NCBI RefSeq assembly: GCF_009914755.1
Contig: NC_060926.1
DNA length: 64,000 nt
Reading direction: 5' to 3' (one strand)
Source of the DNA: the human T2T-CHM13v2.0 reference genome, Homo sapiens
The stretch's first letter is position 1. Each line of letters begins with the position of its first letter. Shown here one piece after another: positions 13,465 through 24,878 of this stretch. Below the pieces are notes generated by a model, which saw only the letters and a list, made by a program, of their open reading frames with translations, was not told the DNA's origin and did no database searches. A program made the position numbers and the translations under genes.

Positions 13465-13560
13465 CTGAGAATCAGGGGACTGCAGCTGTAATCCACCCTA
13501 CTGTCAACTGCTAGCCATGTGACCTTGGGCAAGTCACGTCCTCATTTGATGAAAGATTAA
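13465..13560 (+). mobile_element. MIR fragment
   Basis: ctagccatgtgaccttgggcaagtcac core. Confidence 0.7.
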
Positions 13561-13689
13561 GTCATCCATGAGGGTCCTCCACAATTGTCCATCCAATGGG
13601 CACATCCCTCCACCATCCTTCCCCGGTTTGCCTGGACTCCCCCTGCTCTCAAAATCCTTGTACTGCTGCCCACACACACTAGTGTTGTC

Positions 13690-14025
13690 TCACCTCAGCT
13701 TTGGCACAGGCTGTTCCCTCTTTCCAGAACGGCTTTCCCAACCCAACCCCTGGGTTTAAATCCAAACCTCTCTTCAAGACTAAATTCAGAGGATTCTGCA
13801 CAGCGTCTCTTGCTCTTTTCAGCTTGGAATAACCTCACTTTTAAACTCCTGTAACACTCTACCAAAAGGAAGTTTTCCTTTCTCTATCTCATATTTTAGT
13901 TATTTGCTTATATTTGCTAACACCCCCTCCACTATTCTGTGAGTTTCTGGAAGTCATGTTCTGCATCTGGTTCATCTTTGAATCCTCTGTCACCTTGGCA
14001 CGTGCTCAGAAAGCCTAAGTAAGTT
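13690..14025 (+). mobile_element. L2 3' end
   Basis: ctttggcacaggctgttccctc...ctgtgagtttctggaagtca...ttcatctttgaatcctc...tggcacgtgctcag. Confidence 0.7.
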
Positions 14026-15114
14026 TCTCAAGGACACAGAATTCAGTAGTTGTGGTTCTCATCACAGTGGTTCTCATTTCATTTTAATTTGGGGACAGAA
14101 TCTCTGGAAACTAATAAAATTGGTTCACGTGAATAACTCTGTGTCATATGACACATACAATTTTACATGTATACTTTAAACTTTGGGATGCAGTAATGAC
14201 TATACATTTTGAAAGATAATCAAAAGGAAATTCCACCCTTCCCTTGTTTGGTTGAGCCTAGTTCTGGAGAACAGATATGGCTTGTATGACTGCTATCATC
14301 AAAGGCCCTAAAATATTTCAGCCCAAGCACGTGCACCAGGGCTGGGTCTAGAGTCTGGATTTTGTGTATACTCCTTGGAAAGACATTTGTGGGTTGCTTT
14401 GGAAGCTGATGGGATGGGGAAAAGGAGATGTTTGCCAGCAGCAGTTTAAAACAAAAAAATGCTTCCCCTCCCAGGGTATCTATCATCCATACAGCCTGAC
14501 CTCAGGCTGAAGGATTAGAACATTTCTTGAAGAATAATGGATCTGTTTGCCTTCCGAGTCACTACCCATTTCTTCTAATTAAGACAAACATTATACTTCA
14601 GAATAACATGAAGAAGTGAGGAAAGTGAGGTTTTGAAAAATGAAGCACTTTTGTAAATTACCTAATCCTATTTGTTTTGTTTCCTAGGTGTTACCAGCCG
14701 CTCCCACTTGAAGCCTGACATGGCAAACACCATTTATTTGTCCTCCAGTGACAGACTGAAATTATTTTTAAGGCCATCTCTGTGATTAAAAACCCAAGAA
14801 ACTTCCATAAATTACCAGGGAGAGCCATCTATTTACAAATATCATAAATAATCATAAAAATTATATATAACCGTAAATAAATATCACAGTACTCTTCCTT
14901 TTCCAGCAATCGGACAAAACCAGAAAGGAGCTGACCTTCCCTGTCTGGTGAATGAGACCTTCCACTCCTGCTGGAGGGGACGCCTGTTCTCTATAGGCTG
15001 CCTCAGAAAAATCGACTCTGTGTGCAATCCCATCCCAATGCTTGCACATTAAATGTTGGTAATCAAACACCATTAATCATTCCCTGGGGCCTAATATTGA
15101 TTTGCATCTGTGGA

Positions 15115-15367
15115 TTTCTAGTGTTTAAGAACTCTGCTCTGACACCAAATAGTGGAATCAGATGGCCTCCTGGCTTCACTATTCACCAGCCAAGCCACAT
15201 ACAGAAAGTTACTAATATTTTCTCAGCCTCCATTCCCTTAAGTGTAAATAGGAACAATAATAGTTATTCTCCCATAGAATTAAGGTAAGGTGTTAGATAA
15301 TGTGTATAAATCACTTAGCACAATGCTTGACATATAAGGATCAACCAAAAAATGTTCACTACTATTA
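15115..15367 (+). mobile_element. MIR, full length and diverged
   Basis: gtgtttaagaactctgctctg...aagttactaat...tgtaaataggaacaataatag...cacttagcacaatgcttgacata. Confidence 0.8.
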
Positions 15368-15449
15368 CTCCTTAATGAATTTCTTTCTTGAAATGGAACT
15401 GGACCCGTTTTGCCTTGTTTTATGTAGATTAGAAAATAAGAATAGAGAA

Positions 15450-15451
<2 letters not shown>

Positions 15452-15486
<35 letters not shown>
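15452..15486. repeat. (CA)n microsatellite
   Basis: Directly visible. Confidence 0.98.
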
Positions 15487-15487
<1 letters not shown>

Positions 15488-15564
15488 GAGATTGTATCCC
15501 AATAACATAGTTCTTGGTAGCATCTGACTGGAAGCATCTATGAGATAATCATATTTCAGAACAT

Positions 15565-16060
15565 AGCTCATATTCCCCCCAAAAGCAGAATATGAAATGA
15601 AGGCTTGAGTGCAATTTCTTTATTTGGGAATGTGATCCAGAAGGTAGAAGTAGGGAGCAAGAGGAAAGAAATTGGGAAGAGCAAATAGCTAACATAAGGA
15701 CGCCTTATTGAGTTGACCACCATTACATAAGACTGGGTGTTGGATCTTTGGGCACCATATTGAGACGCCTGTGTTGTCCACCAGGGAAGAAAAGAGAAAG
15801 CGTAGCTCCATCATCTCCTATTTCTCGTTGGTTGAGGGTTGTCCCATGGACTGTAACCTCTTGTGCAACTTTGGGTTGCATCTGCCTGAGTGACAAGCAA
15901 TCCTGAAGGAACCCCAACTTATAATAGAGAAGATGCAGAGTGAAGAACACACCACACACCTGATAATTGCAGCCATGAGGCCGGCTGAAACTTCTGCTAA
16001 ACTGGTCACCACCACCAGTGAGTGGAATAAGGGATAAAGCCAAAGGATATTAAGTTATGA
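15565..16060 (-). mobile_element. LTR16-family (LTR16C-like) ERVL solo LTR
   Basis: cccccaaaagcagaatatgaaatgaaggcttgagtgcaatttctttatttgggaatgtgatcc matches the antisense LTR16 end. Confidence 0.65.
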
Positions 16061-16966
16061 GCAGCCATAACCAAAGATATCCTGAAGAGATTGAGATGTG
16101 TTTAAAGTAGACATCCAAGAGATGGACTGTTTTCTGAGACACATGCCATTTAACCTACTTAAGCCCATACCATTAAACAGTTGGAACTTGATTACTTCTT
16201 GGCTCCTGACTCAAAATATCCACCTGAAAGTGCTCTTCCAAAGTCAATAGCCCAGCCTCACTTTTTTTAATATCTCATTTTCAAAATCAGAGAATCTCAA
16301 GGCTGACAATTTCAAGCACCTCCATCAGAAACATAAGTCATCGCCACAATGGCCATGACAAGCAAGCACTTAGTTTATGCTAGGATATTCTCAGTAATGG
16401 AAATTGTAGCTCCTCAAAAGGCATCTGCTCCTTCTTCCCCTAGCGCTACTAGAAAAATAACCTGACTTTTGGCTAAACAAGGCAGATTGAGCATACATTA
16501 ATCCATACTCTTTTGACCAAACACTCCTGGTCTCTTTTGACTATAACAGAGTGGGAGAGTTAACATAGTTCTGGGGTCCAATTGTAAAGGTATGCTGTTG
16601 TCCATTGCAACTGAATACCAGTTGTTTCTGATCATCTTTGAGAAGGATGGAGAAGAATTCATTTGCCAGATGAATGACCTCATATCATATACCCAATATT
16701 ATGTTGATCTGCTCCAGCAAAAGTACCACAGTAGCCATTGGGGCTGCTACATTGTTGAACTTGCAATAGTTTACTATCATCCTTTAGGATTTATCTAGTT
16801 TTTTGCAGGGGATAGTCTGGTGAATTAAGTGGGAATATGACAGGGATCATCCTGCATCTTAAGGTCTTCAAGGATGGCACTAATTTCTCTCATTCTCTCC
16901 CTCCCCCAAGATACCTTAGCCAGGGGTGGGAGCAGTTTCAGAGGTTTCCATTTGGCTTTCCCCATT

Positions 16967-17465
16967 TGTAAAGCAGGTTCACTGTGCACTGGTTACCACT
17001 TCAAACCATTGCTTTTGGGGCCGCACTTTCACTACTTGCTTAAGTCCAGTGAGACACAGCACTCTCACACAGAGCAAATTACATGAAGTCAGTTTACTAC
17101 GGATAGGCAGTAAGGAATAACAGAAGCCTAGCATTCACTGTGAGCTCATTGCCTGAGGCTTAGAAAAACTGTCTGGGGTGGATACAGTCTGGTCTGTACT
17201 TTCCCCAGTTGCACCGCAGCTAAGAGACCTTGTAAAGCAGCCTACCCTGGGTTTTACACCCCAGGGCACAGGAATTGCTGGGCTAAAGTGTTGAAAGACA
17301 TCCTGTTTCTAGGAAGGACTGAAACAGACCCAGGCTGTTGTAGCCAGTTTCTCCTTACCTCAGGATGTTGCCTTTCTATACATTCCACTGTTATTCTTGG
17401 GAACTACAAGCTAGAAAAGGGGAAAACCTGTGTTGGTCCAAGGCCACCCAGAGAGCTGTCCTTCA
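16967..17465 (-). mobile_element. ERVL-class solo LTR (subfamily not assigned) inserted in the ERVL pol relic
   Basis: TG...CA ends; perfect 5-bp TSD ccatt (16962-16966 / 17466-17470); removing it rejoins RAIIM-GKAKWKPL. Confidence 0.85.
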
Positions 17466-18201
17466 CCATTATGATAGCTCTTACCCCATAGGTCAAGGAT
17501 CTATGCAGATGTTGTGACAACCACCAAGTAAGCATGTCTTTTCCAATTGTACATTCAGGGAGTGGGGAAGTAACTATCAGTTGCATCTCAATGGACCCAC
17601 TGTTAAATGAATTTGGACCAGAACCATATTTGTGACTTGCCATTTATATGCTGTCACTATAACAAGGAGGTGAAGGGGAAGAGACAGAGACGTTGACACT
17701 TGGAGTCTCTAGGTATCAAAGTCAACTTGGAACAAACATCTGACAGCCCTTGGCATTCTCTTTTCCCCAGTGCATAGCCACTTGATTAAATGAATGGAGG
17801 CCACTTTGAAGAAGGACTGAGGGAATGAATTATCTCTCATTTGATAATTGCAGTGTCTATCTGCAGTGGTTTTGCTGGGTACATCCTCCTGAGGACTTGA
17901 TCCCTCCTTCAAGCAATGGATGCTCATGTTAGGAAACTGGGAAAAAATGGTCACTTTTAATGCATGATCGCCCTCAGCACCCTCATCATTCATCCTTGAT
18001 TTATTTAATTTATACAATGTGAGTAGTACCATTGTTGGCTACCTGTTTTTCCCTGAAGGATGCTAGTTCTATTAAATATCTCCATCATTCTCTTCATGGC
18101 AGGCCTTCCAGTCATTAAGATAATTGTATCTACCTTTCTCTGATAATTAAACTCTGCCACTTGGCCTCTGTTGTTTCAGAGGCTTATCATCTTTCTTGCT
18201 G

Positions 18202-18238
18202 TTAGGTTGGTGCAAAAGTAATTGTGGTTTTTGCCACT
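18202..18238 (+). mobile_element. Half MADE1 / solo Hsmar1 terminal inverted repeat
   Basis: ttaggttggtgcaaaagtaattgtggtttttgcca equals the MADE1 arm with one CpG decay; second arm absent. Confidence 0.9.
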
Positions 18239-18313
18239 GAAAAATGTGGTTTTTACCAGAAAGTCCAGTTCTATAATGTCATTTCCTACCTTCAGCTCTG
18301 GCCTAACATTGAA

Positions 18314-18443
18314 TTTTTTTTTCTTTAGCGATGATGTCTTGCTATGTTACCCAGGCTGAACTCAAACTCCTGGGCTCAAGCAATCCCCCTGCCTCAGCCT
18401 CCCAAGAAGCTGGGACTACAGGCATGTACCACTGCACCTGGCC
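18314..18443 (-). mobile_element. FLAM (free left Alu monomer)
   Basis: Monomeric antisense Alu; TSD attgaattt at 18308 and 18444. Confidence 0.9.
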
Positions 18444-19271
18444 ATTGAATTTCTTAGTGATGCTGGTGCCTCTCTCACAAATGCTTATCTTATTGCTTTG
18501 GAAAATGCTGCATTCTATGGGCCCTGCCATACAACATAGTCCTCTGGTTGGTTTTCTGGAATTTTATGGTATATCCTCTTCTAACATATGTACTTCTTTG
18601 AGCCTTTTAATCCCTTCTTCCAAACTCATATGCCATGACAATCTTGCATTTATACCTCACCTAGTGTACTTCCAGGAGCCATCCTTATTATTATGTTCAA
18701 ACCATCTCTCAGAGTCCTTGCCAGGAAACAAAAGTCCATATCTCAGGAGAGCATTCCCAAATCAACAAACTCTCCCTTATCCAGCCCTGTTTTCCATGTT
18801 CTCCTTGATCAAGCACCCTCATAATTCAGTCCCATGAGTACTGTCCCAGCTGTTGGTACATCCTGGCTAGATCCTGCAGCTCCACTAGGGCTTAATCCCT
18901 TTACTTTCTCCTCAGTCCCAGCATGTCTTTAGCTTGATTACATTGTGACAAACTGAGGAGATGGTGTAGGGAATGTCCCGGAGAGGGGTATTGTTTTGGG
19001 TGGGAGGGCCCTGTGCACTATCTTCAAACCAGAGAGAAGTATTGGTCCTTAATAAGGTAAAGTGGGCCACTCCTCTGGTCTCAGAAGTTTTAGAGGAACC
19101 TGGGGATTCAAGATTTTGGGGTGCATCAACCTAGATGTCTCCATCCTATGTGGCAAGATTCTTTCCCAACTTTGGCCTAGCCAACCTACCTTGGTTGGGA
19201 GTTAAACCTTCTTTGGAATGCAGTCATTTTTACAGTGAAACTGGGCTTCATCCTCAGTTTTCCATATCGCC

Positions 19272-19384
19272 TAGGGTAAACAATTTATCTCAATTTGCCT
19301 GGGGCTTTCCTGGTTTTGAAACAGAAAGTCTCACATCTTGGGAACCCCTCAGTCCTGAGAAAACTAGGATAGTTGGTCACCCTA
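19272..19384. mobile_element. MER81 (hAT-Blackjack MITE)
   Basis: tagggtaaacaa...ttggtcacccta terminal inverted repeats, ~113 bp, internal gaaagtctcacatcttgggaacccctcagtcc. Confidence 0.85.
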
Positions 19385-19788
19385 GTGCTGCTTCCCTTTA
19401 CTGCCACCCCCACAAGACGAGAGCTTGTTTATAAGCTACAGAGAATGTCTTCTAGATTTTACACTTAAGTTTTAGTTGATAATTAAACACTCACTTCTTG
19501 CCATCTTTTTCTAGAACATTAAGTTTAGCAGTAGCCACCCAGTTCCACCTCTTTGGAGTTAATTTTTCCTGGAATTTCTCTGTGCCTGATTGATCACCGG
19601 GATGCAATTCTAATTCACTGTCAGTGAAAATTTTAACGATAGCACTGCTATGTTGTGATTTGTGTCAGGAGTTATCTATGCTCCACCTTCTATCAGTGAT
19701 AGGCTCTTTACTGGCAACTGGGCAGCAAATGATCCAGCTCTAAAATCCCATCCCAGCCTCTGCTTTCTTGACCACTTGTGGCACTAAC

Positions 19789-20823
19789 TGTTGTAAGTTG
19801 AGTTCCCTTGGAGGTGGATCCTGAGATAGAGAATAGCATGAAGGTGAATTGTTAAGACATAATCGTCAATCGACACCTTTGGAAAGGAAGGGAGGAAAAC
19901 AGGATTTGGCAGAGAAAAAAGTTGTGCTGCACCATAGTCTCAAAGGAGGCCTCAGCTGACTCCAGAGTGAGTTCTGCAACTAGGATGTCCCTTAAGAGTT
20001 GTCCCGAGCTGGGGGGGAGTGCTATATCTATTTTGTAGAGTAAACAATTGAACCTTGCCCAAAGAGAAGTTTGGCTTTAGACCACAGCTCCTGGGAAGTT
20101 ATTCCTAAGCCCTTGGAGTATCCTGCCTGATAAAAGTGTCCTTGTTCATCTAAGGGCCTTGGGCCTCAGAAGATGGTCTAACAATGTGATTTATTGTGGG
20201 TGCTCTGAATCATGAGGTACCAGCTCAACCTCCAGACAGACTGGCAACTAAGGTCAGCCACGTGGGCAGTCAATCATGTCTATGTGATGGAGCCCCACAT
20301 AAAGACTCTGGACACCAAAACACAGGTGAGCTTACCTTCATGTGTTTTCTCACACATTGTTTCTAGGAAAATTTTGTCCACTGTTTCACTGGAAAAGGAT
20401 AACTATAAGTTCTATGCATGGAACTTTCCTCTCTCCTGTGAGACTGTGTCCTTAGATTATTGTAATCTGTATATTTTTGCTATAATAAACTGAATCAGCA
20501 ACCTAACAGCTTTTAGTGACTCCTTCTAGTGAATTATTAAACCTGAAGGTGGTCTTGGGGACCCCTCAACCCCAAAATTGGTGTCAGAAGTGAGGACAGT
20601 CTTGTGGAATTTTGCATATTCCTACTCTGATCAGTTATTGAATGTAATGCGTGTCACTCCTGGAAGGACAATAACTTTGTGAGGGATTTTCTTCTGACAA
20701 GGGGACAGGCAGCTAGTTTTCTGCTAGTAACACTCCCACAATTGGGGAATAAAGTGTTTTATTTCTGAAAAAAAAAAAAAAAAAAAAAAGCCTACTGGAA
20801 GTCTATCACAGACTGTACCACAG
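19789..20823 (-). mobile_element. LTR16A-like 5' LTR of the ERVL relic, split by MER77
   Basis: gaggcctcagctgactccag...ggatgtcccttaagagttgtccc; resumes at gatcagttattgaatg...aacactcccacaattggggaat. Confidence 0.75.
20034..20620 (+). mobile_element. MER77/MER21-group LTR
   Basis: tgtagagtaaacaattgaaccttgcccaaagaga...ctaaggtcagccacgtgggcagtc...ctctggacacc...ggtggtcttggggacccct. Confidence 0.8.
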
Positions 20824-21049
20824 TGGGACTGGATTTAATCAATAGAAGTCAAGGACTAAATTAATATTTCTGTGAAAAAAAGAAAATTCACATGGCTACT
20901 AAAGGGGGAGGGTATCTCATGGAATGTGGAGAAAGTTGTATTATTCTTTCATTTTTTGATAATAAAAAATGGCATGATTGTTTCATGGAAAGAAATCTCT
21001 GTCATTTGTGTCCACCTATGATTTTCTATGACTATTCTCAGTGGCTTAC

Positions 21050-21445
21050 TGTGTTCGTCCATTTTATGTTGCTATAAAGGAATACCAGAGACTGCCCAAT
21101 TTTTAAAGAAAAAAGATTTATTTGGCTCACAATTCTACAGACTGTGCAGGAAGCATGGTGCCAGCATCTGCTTCTGGCAAAGCCTCAGGAAGCTTCTGAT
21201 CATTGTAGAAGGCAAAGGGGGAACAAGCACATCACATGGTGAGAGAGCATGAAAGAGAGGAAGTAGGCCCCAGACTCTTTTTAACAATCAGATCTCATGG
21301 TAGCTCATTACTATGGGAGGACATCCGGCCATTCATGAGAGATCCACCCCCATGACCCAGGCACCTTCCACCAGACCCTGCCTCCAACACTGGGGATCAC
21401 ATTTCAACATAAGATTTGGAGGGGACAAACATCCAAACCACATCA
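21050..21445 (-). mobile_element. MSTB-like MaLR solo LTR
   Basis: TG...CA ends; catggtgccagcatctgcttctgg; perfect TSD cttac (21045-21049 / 21446-21450). Confidence 0.93.
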
Positions 21446-22879
21446 CTTACCCAGTAGTAGATTAGTTATTCAAGACTAATTTCTAATATTTATGGCCAAA
21501 AACATTATTATAATCAGCATCCATTACCCCTTGCTGGAACTCCTCTCAGCAAGTATCCACATACTGACTTTAATAATTTTCCTAAAATATGAGACCTATA
21601 CATAAAAGTCATAAGCTAAAACCACAGCACTTTGCCTATGAGGTTAACAGTCCCCGTTGTGATTTACATCATGCTGGGCAGGACCAAAGGAATAATCTGA
21701 AGCCATAAATAGGTATCAAGATTGCATTAACCTCATCAGAACACAATTCTAACAGTAAATGCCAATCAGCTGTAGTAATAATGACCATCCAATACACATC
21801 CAATTCCAAGCCAATTTTGTTAAGGCCTTCTACTATGGGTCTGTGGTCACTGATCAAGGTATATAGCAGCTCTTAAGGCTCTAGTGGAAATTTCAAAAGG
21901 TCATCAAGTTTGCATTGGCCTCCTTATGACTACCTCTGCTCCACTCCAAAGCTGTAATGACTTTCTTCTATCTAGAAAGCCTCGTGTTTTTTTTTTTAAA
22001 TAAATATCTCCAAAGGAAGCATTTCCATGACTTCCCTTAGTAATCACTTCCCATTGTGTAGTCCTTAAATTTGAGTGAAAAAAAATTTGAAGACATTCCC
22101 CTCTGCTATACTGCCGATGGAAATAGATACGGGTTATTCTGCTCTGGTCTGAATTTTAAGTATTCAGTAAAATGATATTTCTTCTTCTCTTCCTCTTACA
22201 CCTTAAGATACTTGGCAAGCAGTCACATTAATATTCTACTATCCCCAGCAAAGTAAATAGCAGCTACTTTCACTAATGGCCTTCTAAATCAAATGACACA
22301 TCATGGCTGCACAAAAGAGCCGGATTTCAACTCAGGAAACACAGAGGGATAAATCCATACCAAAATCCAAATTCTTTTCCAGCAAAGGCTCTGGCAAAGA
22401 AGGATCTTCCTCCAGAAAACAAAAAAAAAAATCATTCATAAGTCCTGAACAGACTGAGCAGTAAGTCTGCAATTGAAGCACAGCCTCCTTTTCTAAAACT
22501 GAGTGTAGGATAGAGCTATTTTCACTTCCTAATTAAGCAGGTAACTTCTCTTCCATCTTTCTTTATCATGACAGATGAATGTTTAAATATAAGATTTGAT
22601 ATTGTGTGCTTATCTTAAGCTGTACTATTTTATAGCATTAAAAGGTATTATAGCCATCACTAAAATTACTGTCCATGCAAAATAGATTATGATAATGCAA
22701 ACCAAATTTGAATTTTGGAAGATAAAAGCAGAACAAGAATTCTCAAGTACCTTTCAATACTCAAATATAAGCTATAGTATCATCTACCTCTTGATCTACA
22801 AACACAAATACCTATAGTAAGCAGGCAGTAAGTAGAACCAGTAATGCAACTGAGAGAGTACTGGAGCCTCTAGCACCAG

Positions 22880-23105
22880 AGAACAGAAGCCCACTGAAGG
22901 AGGTAGCTGCTACTAAGAAAAATGGGACTGTTTTCTTACCAGGGGAAGGTCCAGTGTTTCCATATCGTCTGATTTTCCCAGAAAAGCTGGAAATTCACGT
23001 TTTATATAAAATTGAAAAATTGTTAAAACTCAAAATTTTGGGGGCCAAACAAAACCTTTCTGAATGGTGGATTTAGCACTTTCACCACTAATGTGTAAGC
23101 TTTCA
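22880..23105. mobile_element. MER102-like hAT-Charlie fragment
   Basis: tctgattttcccagaaaagctggaaatt...ggccaaacaaaac...ggatttagc. Confidence 0.65.
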
Positions 23106-23179
23106 ATTAGAAATAGATGAGATTCTGCTTATTTAGTAGAAGGTAGATTAGTCAACAAACAAGATCCCTTTCAATTCTA

Positions 23180-23746
23180 CAAAATACTGCTACATAACAA
23201 ATCACCCCAAGTTCAGTGGCACAAAGCAATAAGGATTTTATTATGCTTAGGATTCTGTGGTCAGAAATTAGCATAGGACACAAGGATAGTCTGCCTATGT
23301 TTCATAAAGCTGAGGCTTCAGGTGGAAAGAGTCAAATGTCTGGGGGTAATTAAATGCTGAAGGCTGAAATCATCTGAAGCTTTTACAATTGCACGTCTGT
23401 TGCCTAAATTGGGGTGCCTCAAAGTTTGTGTTGAGCTAGACCTGTCAATGGTAGCTACAAGGCTTACACATGTGACCTGTCCATGTGGCTTGGGCTTCCA
23501 TGCAGCAAGGCGGCATCTGGACAGTCAGGCTTCCTACCTGGTTGTTCAAGGTTCCAAGAGCAAATGTTCTAGCAAACAAGGCGGAGCACATGGTCTTTGT
23601 AACCCAGTTTCAAACATCACACAGCATCACTGCTGTCAAACTCCATTGTCACAAGCCCACCCAGATTTAAAGGGAGGGAATATAGACCAAACCTCCCAAT
23701 GTGAAGAGTCAAAAAATTTGTAGCCATTTCTTTTAAAACCACCACA
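23180..23746 (-). mobile_element. MLT1G/H-like MaLR solo LTR
   Basis: ctgctacataacaaatcaccccaa...ccatgtggcttgggcttcc...tcacacagcatcact...aaaccaccaca. Confidence 0.85.
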
Positions 23747-23804
23747 GGTTTAAAAAAAAAAAAAAAGCTCATGTTTAGGTGCCAGAAAAATGTGGGTTCA
23801 CTGT

Positions 23805-23940
23805 AGCCCGAGGCCCTCACCAGATGCCCAAACTTGATCATTTCAGCCAGCAGAATTGTGAGCCAAATAAACCTTTTTTTCTTTATAAATTCCCCAACCT
23901 ATATGTATTCCCATATAGCAATACAAAATGTACTAAGACA
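23805..23940 (+). mobile_element. MST-family LTR 3' fragment
   Basis: aggccctcaccagatg...cagaattgtgagccaaataaacc...tagcaatacaaaatgtactaagaca. Confidence 0.8.
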
Positions 23941-23998
23941 GAAAGTAACCTGCAAACAAATCATGACCCAACCAGAGTATAGTAAGCAATTTTCATAC

Positions 23999-24124
23999 CA
24001 ATCTTGTGATGGTACTGGCTTCAACTTGCTCAAAATAGACCAGCCTCATGACCATGCTAGCTTTGACTTGTTCAAGATATTGAGCAACGAAACACCCGCT
24101 GAAAATGGCTGCTTGCTCTGGAGT
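23999..24124 (-). other. Candidate spliced exon (126 nt) with internal 42-nt tandem repeat
   Basis: Acceptor ctctttattttattctatttttattttttacag|ACT; donor TTG|gtatga; single open frame TPEQAAIFSGCFVAQYLEQVKASMVMRLVYFEQVEASTITRL. Confidence 0.45.
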
Positions 24125-24699
24125 CTGTAAAAAATAAAAATAGAATAAAATAAAGAGTCTGTAGATTTTAGAAGGAAAGGGAGAGAGGCAGCAAGAAATC
24201 CTGGGTTGGGGAGTAAGGAGGAAAAATGTTACAGTACTTGTCTGCCTGAAGTTGAAGGAGCCTCTTAGTATCTGCACGTGTTATAAATAATATAATCGCC
24301 TCTGTGCAATTGGACAGTACTAATGGAGCCAGTGAAGCCTGCTGTATATAATATTTATTTGAAAGAGAAAATGATTTCATTTTCATTTTATTTCTGGTAC
24401 AGCAAAGCATTCGAGTAGCACACGATGAGCCTTTCAATTACATGTTTAATTCATTCCGATGATTTGTGCACAGCAAGGAGATCTTAATCCTGGGGATTCT
24501 TAGTGAGAGTGCTGTTAGGTTAATATAGTTCTCAAAGGATTGGATTCTACTTAACAACACCTCACAGATTGAGCCATGGAGGAATAAAGCCCACCAAATG
24601 TCCAGCAGGCGATAATAAAACTTTCCTCTGCCATGTGAGTTCCTCAGAAATGGCTCCACGCACTTCCCAAGCCAGGCAGCTCCCATGCTGAACATATAC

Positions 24700-24878
24700 T
24701 CAGGACCCTTTATCTCTCACATTTGTAATTAAATAAACATTTATGTAATTATTTTTAAATGTCTAGGTCCCACCACTAGAATGTAAACTCCACATGGTCA
24801 GAGAGCATGTTTTATTTCTCTCCAGTGCCCAAATAATGCCTAACTCATGGTAAGTGTTCAATACAATTTGGTGAATAG
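24700..24878 (+). mobile_element. L2 3' end
   Basis: ccactagaatgtaaactccac...cagtgcccaaataatgcct...gtaagtgttcaata. Confidence 0.8.

Larger units (their letters stand above)
16490..19788 (-). mobile_element. ERVL-class internal region (ERV3-16A3-like): decayed leader/gag, protease and N-terminal RT
   Basis: Minus-strand translation gives SPLPECTIGKDML...SLTYGVRAIIM|GKAKWKPL...LLEQIN...HLANEFFSI...GQQHTFTIGPQNYVNSP, collinear with HERV-L pro/RT; leader gttagtgccacaagtggtcaag abuts the LTR at 19788. Confidence 0.88.

Noticed and set aside
15565-16060. 3' LTR partner of the ERVL provirus
   Set aside because: Resembles a different LTR16 subfamily from the LTR at 19789 and is separated from the pol relic by ~430 bp of unrelated, L3-like sequence
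18331-18837. Longest ORF in the track (168 aa)
   Set aside because: Starts inside an antisense FLAM ([12 protein letters not shown] is Alu-derived) and runs antisense through ERVL gag; no gene-like features
20748-20789. aataaa followed by A22, resembling a retrocopy tail
   Set aside because: LTR16A-like sequence continues on both sides and no TSD is visible; likely homopolymer expansion and an oligo-dT mispriming risk
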